Source: Eutreptiella sp. 'Long Island Sound 2002'
Taxonomy: Eukaryota > Protista > Euglenida
Length of the DNA: 64,000 nt
Reading direction: 5' to 3'
NCBI GenBank assembly: GCA_964036045.1
Contig: OZ038378.1
Coordinates: 175,832,001 to 175,896,000, forward strand
In this document: positions 59,904 through 64,000 of the stretch, piece by piece
Numbering within the stretch: position 1 is the stretch's first letter
Layout of the letters: every line of letters begins with the position of its first letter
The notes under the pieces: generated by a model
What the model was told of the DNA's origin: nothing
Database searches by the model: none
What the model saw: only the letters and a program-made list of their open reading frames with translations
Program-made: the position numbers and the translations under genes

Positions 59904-60289
59904 GTGCACAGGGAGAGGGTCGGCAGAGTGTGGGGAGAGCACTGGGAGAGAGGGTTGAGCAGTCGGATAGGGTTGGAAGAGGGCCAGCAGGGGCTTGGAA
60001 AGGGGTTGGGAAACAGTCTGAACAAGGCCCGGCGAGGGTCAGACGAGGATAGAGACAGTGGGGAGAGGGATGGAAAACGGTTGGGCAATTTGGGTTTCTG
60101 TTGGACATCAGGAGCAATGCCTGTCATTTGGTCATTCTGCTCGTCGACCCTGGTCCGGACACCTGTTCGGATTCCACGACTGTCTTCGGGCCATGAGCTT
60201 ACTAGCTCCTGGTGTGCGGCCATGGCTTGTGGAAAACAAAAGTTACAGCACAGCAGAGTTCTTCTTGCTCCCTCTGAAGTGAGGGTGGG

Positions 60290-61975
60290 GCTTAGGATTA
60301 GGGCCGGAGAGGGTCTGGGACTCTAAATGGTGCATGCCAGTGAACGTGCCAACACGTGGCGTGCCTGCGGGAGCACGTGGTTGCTGAGGAAAACGGGCCT
60401 GGCCCTGAGCTGTGACGGCCTTACCATAAACACGGTTACCCCCATCCCCTATGCCCCCTTCACAGTAGAACGAGGGCGTGGTACTGACGACATGCTCATG
60501 CATGCCACGCTATGCCCTACGAAAACCACGAGGTCACGGCCCCGCACACCAAATTGCTCTCCAAAATCCTGAGTGCCTTGTGATCACTTCGCCCAGTGAT
60601 CCGCTGGGTGCGCAGGGCAAGAACGTAAACAGAAGGCACTGCAGAGCTCCATTACGTTGGGACCCATGCCACAACAAGTCAGACACGACTGGGACACGGC
60701 GTGCCGCCGCCTGCAAGATAGGGCGGCTGGTCCGTAACGATCTGTCTCTCCAGGATTTGCAGCGCTTGGCCCCTGACCCGCATCCGCCGGTGCCACGTAG
60801 ACCCCCCCCCCCCCCTTGAGGGACATCATGGCCCTGCATGACTAACTGCAGTCAACGGACGGAGCACGCGGACACACTTGAGTTGGAATGCCTATATCAG
60901 TGGTGCCTGTCCATGGGAAAAGCATGGCTCGATTGTCCCAAGGACATATATAAGTGGATGAAGAATGATTATCAGGCGCCCCCTGGTCATGCTAAAGGAC
61001 CCAGAGACCAGCGGGCCCACAACCAATGTGGACTGCATGGATGAAATTCTGCATTAATCCTGGGACAAGGTCATGCGTAAATACACACACTCACCCGAGC
61101 CAGATCTAGATGTTTTTGTGCAGAAATACCGGAATTTCATTGAAAGCAACACAGACATGGCCGCCACCCCCCTCGTAGGCGCTAGACTGCGCAAGCGCGT
61201 CCGCAAAATGGGGATACACACAGCCATAGGGTTGGACGGTCGAGGCCTGCCAAATGCACTGCTTGACATGCTGGCACAGCTACTGACACGTATTGAATCC
61301 ACAGGGCTGTGGCCCCGGCTGTTAGCCCGCGGCTTCATTTCTTTAATTCCAAAAGGGGAGGGCATGCCTCCTATGTAGCAGCGGCCACTCTCGGTTCTAT
61401 CACAACTATACCGCGTGTGGGCCGGAGTAAGACTAAGAGGATTGCATGGTGTGGCAAGAAAGTGGGTACACCCCCACACCTATGGTTTCCGGGAAAAGCG
61501 AGGAGCCACGGACGCATCAGCACTCATTGCTCTGCTTATTGAGTTGCACACCGTCATGCATGCTGTGCTCACTGGTTTCGGGTTAGACGACGTTAAGTGC
61601 TTTGATTTAATACCCCCAAAGGTGGTGCTCCGCGTCGCCCTCGAGCAGGGCATGCACCCGGGCACCCACAGAGCGTTGTCTGGAATGTATACGCAATTGA
61701 CCCGTTGTTTCAAAATAATGAGACGTCTATACTCTTTTTTCGCCGCAACCAATGGCATCCTACAAGGATGCCCACTGAGTGTCATCCTGATTAATCTCAT
61801 GACAAGCATTTGGAAGAAAATCCCGGATGCACAGTCACATTCACAGGCCATCCGTATATCCTCTTTACGGCTACCGCCAGGGGGAAAACCCAGGGAAGCA
61901 TTAGATTTCATTCTTACCGCGCTCGGCTATGCCGACGACACATACGGCGTAGCCGCAGGACAACACACTGTCTAG
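60290..61975 (+). pseudogene. Non-LTR retrotransposon (LINE) reverse transcriptase pseudogene
   Basis: AIGLDG, WP..L..GFISLIPKG, RPLSVLSQLYRVWAGVR, YGFR, LDDVKCFD, NGILQGCPLS and GYADD motifs. In-frame TAG at 61376-61378 and truncation after YADD. The 5' boundary is approximate. Confidence 0.88.
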
Positions 61976-62529
61976 CCCGCCGTGTATCCGATCTAGTAGA
62001 GCGGATGCTTTGCCAATACATTTTAAGAATGAGGGGGCTAGAGGCCACGTTGTCTGTGGTGCGCATGGTACAGACCGATCTCCTGTTTGTGTGGTAGTGC
62101 ATGTCCGCAAACTGTCACGGCCGCCTAGCTATTAGCCGTGTGATTTGCTGCGCATGCAATTGTTCCCTGATGTTATGCTTGACCAGTTTGAAATCCCCAG
62201 TCAGCTAGAGGGCGTCCGTTGTGCCTGGTATCTGTCACTCCCACCACCCCGAAAGCAAGGAAGAGCTAAGTGGGTACGGAGTCGGGTGTGTTACAAAAAA
62301 ACGCGTTTTTTCCCCCCCGCTTTTTTGGCCGTTTTTGGCCGCGGGTTGGTGTTTTTTCATGTTTTTTGGTGTTTTTTTTGTTTTTTCATGGTGGTATTAG
62401 GTACAAACGCATCTTGTGGTACCAAGGAAGCATTGTTTTTTTGAATATTTTTGGCATTTGTTGTTTCTCCGACGTCTTCTGGTAGAGTGTTTTTTTATTT
62501 TTTTCCCTCATGCATGACGTACCAAGTAG

Positions 62530-62900
62530 TTCTACAATGGGGGACACACATATATGGGAGATGTGGGATGTGGGATGTTGGGTCCGTATGTCATGGCATG
62601 AACATGTGCAAATGTGAATGCAAATCTATGATGACATGGCAAATAGAGTTGCAATGGGGGCCACACATATATTGCAAATCTATGATGACATGGCAAATAG
62701 AGTTGCAATGGGGGCCACACATATATAGGAGATGTGGGATTTGGGATGTTACGTCCATATGTCATGGCATGTATACGTGCAATCTGTGATCTCATAGCAG
62801 ATAGAGGTGCTATGGAGGTCACAAAAAGAAAGTAGATGGGATGTGGGATCTGGGATGTCTGGTATGGGATGTGGGACGTAGGATGTGGGATGTGCATTGC
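62530..62900. repeat. Subterminal repeats upstream of the hAT ORF (54-bp duplication and GATGTGG runs)
   Basis: GCAAATCTATGATGACATGGCAAATAGAGTTGCAATGGGGGCCACACATATA occurs twice, with multiple GGGATGTG copies. Confidence 0.7.
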
Positions 62901-62945
62901 AAATACGTAGGGCATGTTCGCTTCTTGCTAGCGTATTTTGTGTTG

Positions 62946-64000
62946 ATGCCTGGCGTCTGGGTGAAGAAGGACGTCGAGGGCGCCAAGTGGTCCTTTCATA
63001 AATCCGCCTCGGCTGCCGCTCGTTACCTGGGAGAGCAGGGCGTCAAGTTGCATGACGCCCAAGTCAGCCGGGAGGCCAAGCGCAATGGTGCCCGCGACGG
63101 TTGGCGTTTCACTCCCGACTTGAACGCGGTAGCCCCCCGTAATGCCACCGTTACCGCAAAACCTCGCGCAGCACCATCCATCCCCAACGGTTTTGCCAGT
63201 GCCAGCCGCGTTTGCGGTGCTTGCGATAGTGAGTTTGGAGGGCACCTTAGGAAATGCGTTTCCTGTGGCAAGCAGACCCATGAACTATGTGGTACTGTTG
63301 TTGTACAACACAAGTTCCATTGCTACATGTGCGTGTGCCTAGTCTGTCACTGTCCTTTGACAGGCCCTGTGGTAAAGTGTGCCCAATGCACGCGCACCGC
63401 TCATGGACATTGCACAACCGCGGTTGGTGACACAGTTCATTGCAAGGCTTGCGCCTCTCCACCACCACCACCACCAAACCGAGGCCAGCGGTGCCTGTTT
63501 CGCCAGCAGTGGCAAAAGGGGCGGCCGTGGTTGAAATACATCAACGACCTCATGCACTGCGCTGCTTGTCGGATGTACCCCCAGCCTGGTGGCTCCCCTG
63601 AATGGGCCCAGGGTACCAACAACTTCCGCGCCTCAGCCGTGAAGAAGCATGAGCGCTCCGGTCCGCACCATGTTGCACTGGCAATGTGGGTATCCAATGG
63701 TCAGAAGTCCTCTGCCTTAGGGACCTTGCCGCCGCACGTACGCGATGGGGTCTTGACGGCGTTCCGAGCGGTGTACCAAGGGGAGAAGAGCGGGGGTTCC
63801 TTGCGGGTCTTTCCTGGGGATGTGTCTATGATCGAGCTCTCTAGTGGCAATGTCCTTCCGGGCTACCGCTCCCGGTTCTCTGCCCGTGGCATTCTTGCAG
63901 CCATAGCAGTGCCTTTCCGCAACACCCAAGGCACCATCATCCAGAGCGCCGAGTACTTGGCTCTTGCTTCGAATTCAGCCACGGACAGGGCCGCCCACAA
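62946..64000 (+). CDS. hAT-superfamily transposase (ZNF862/TTF type), 5' part, running off the window; N-terminal NUMOD1-like HTH plus two PHD fingers
   Basis: Manual translation gives 351 stop-free codons from ATG 62946. TTF-type finger FRQQWQKGRPWLKY...MHCAAC...WAQG...F...AVKKHERSGPH, two C4HC3 fingers, and YLALASNSATDRA at the first-catalytic-Asp motif. Confidence 0.8.
   Translation, partial: MPGVWVKKDVEGAKWSFHKSASAAARYLGEQGVKLHDAQVSREAKRNGARDGWRFTPDLNAVAPRNATVTAKPRAAPSIPNGFASASRVCGACDSEFGGHLRKCVSCGKQTHELCGTVVVQHKFHCYMCVCLVCHCPLTGPVVKCAQCTRTAHGHCTTAVGDTVHCKACASPPPPPPNRGQRCLFRQQWQKGRPWLKYINDLMHCAACRMYPQPGGSPEWAQGTNNFRASAVKKHERSGPHHVALAMWVSNGQKSSALGTLPPHVRDGVLTAFRAVYQGEKSGGSLRVFPGDVSMIELSSGNVLPGYRSRFSARGILAAIAVPFRNTQGTIIQSAEYLALASNSATDRAAH

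Overview
Repeat-rich eukaryotic nuclear DNA with spliceosomal GT-AG introns. It is probably from a euglenozoan (euglenid-like) protist; this is inferred from pyrimidine+AG acceptors just upstream of start codons and from the splice-site style, and is not proven. Host genes: an 8-exon BEACH/WD40 gene of about 3620 aa (22165-43575, +), an intronless C2-domain gene (14477-14944, -), two exons of an EF-hand gene (58937-59903, +), one SET/MYND (SMYD-like) exon (2911-3130, -), and a few candidate micro-exons of an unresolved minus-strand gene (about 47-56 kb). The rest is mostly transposons. (i) A 4.6-kb Foldback/MULE-like element with a 9-bp TSD and TIRs of about 100 bp, filled by about 174 units of a 21-bp satellite. 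(ii) At least seven PIF/Harbinger-like elements with G-run/C-run ends and 3-bp TSDs; three form an adjacent/nested cluster, one carries a DDE fragment plus a B-box-like finger, and two carry a homologous SH3/Tudor-like ORF. (iii) A MITE family with poly(C)/poly(G) ends. (iv) A tRNA-headed palindromic repeat. (v) Decayed non-LTR RT and Gypsy-like RNase H sequences. (vi) At the right edge, a hAT-type transposase ORF that the ORF track misses, with an unusual N-terminus (NUMOD1-like HTH, two PHD fingers, TTF-type zinc finger). All domain calls were made by eye from motifs; no database searches were run.
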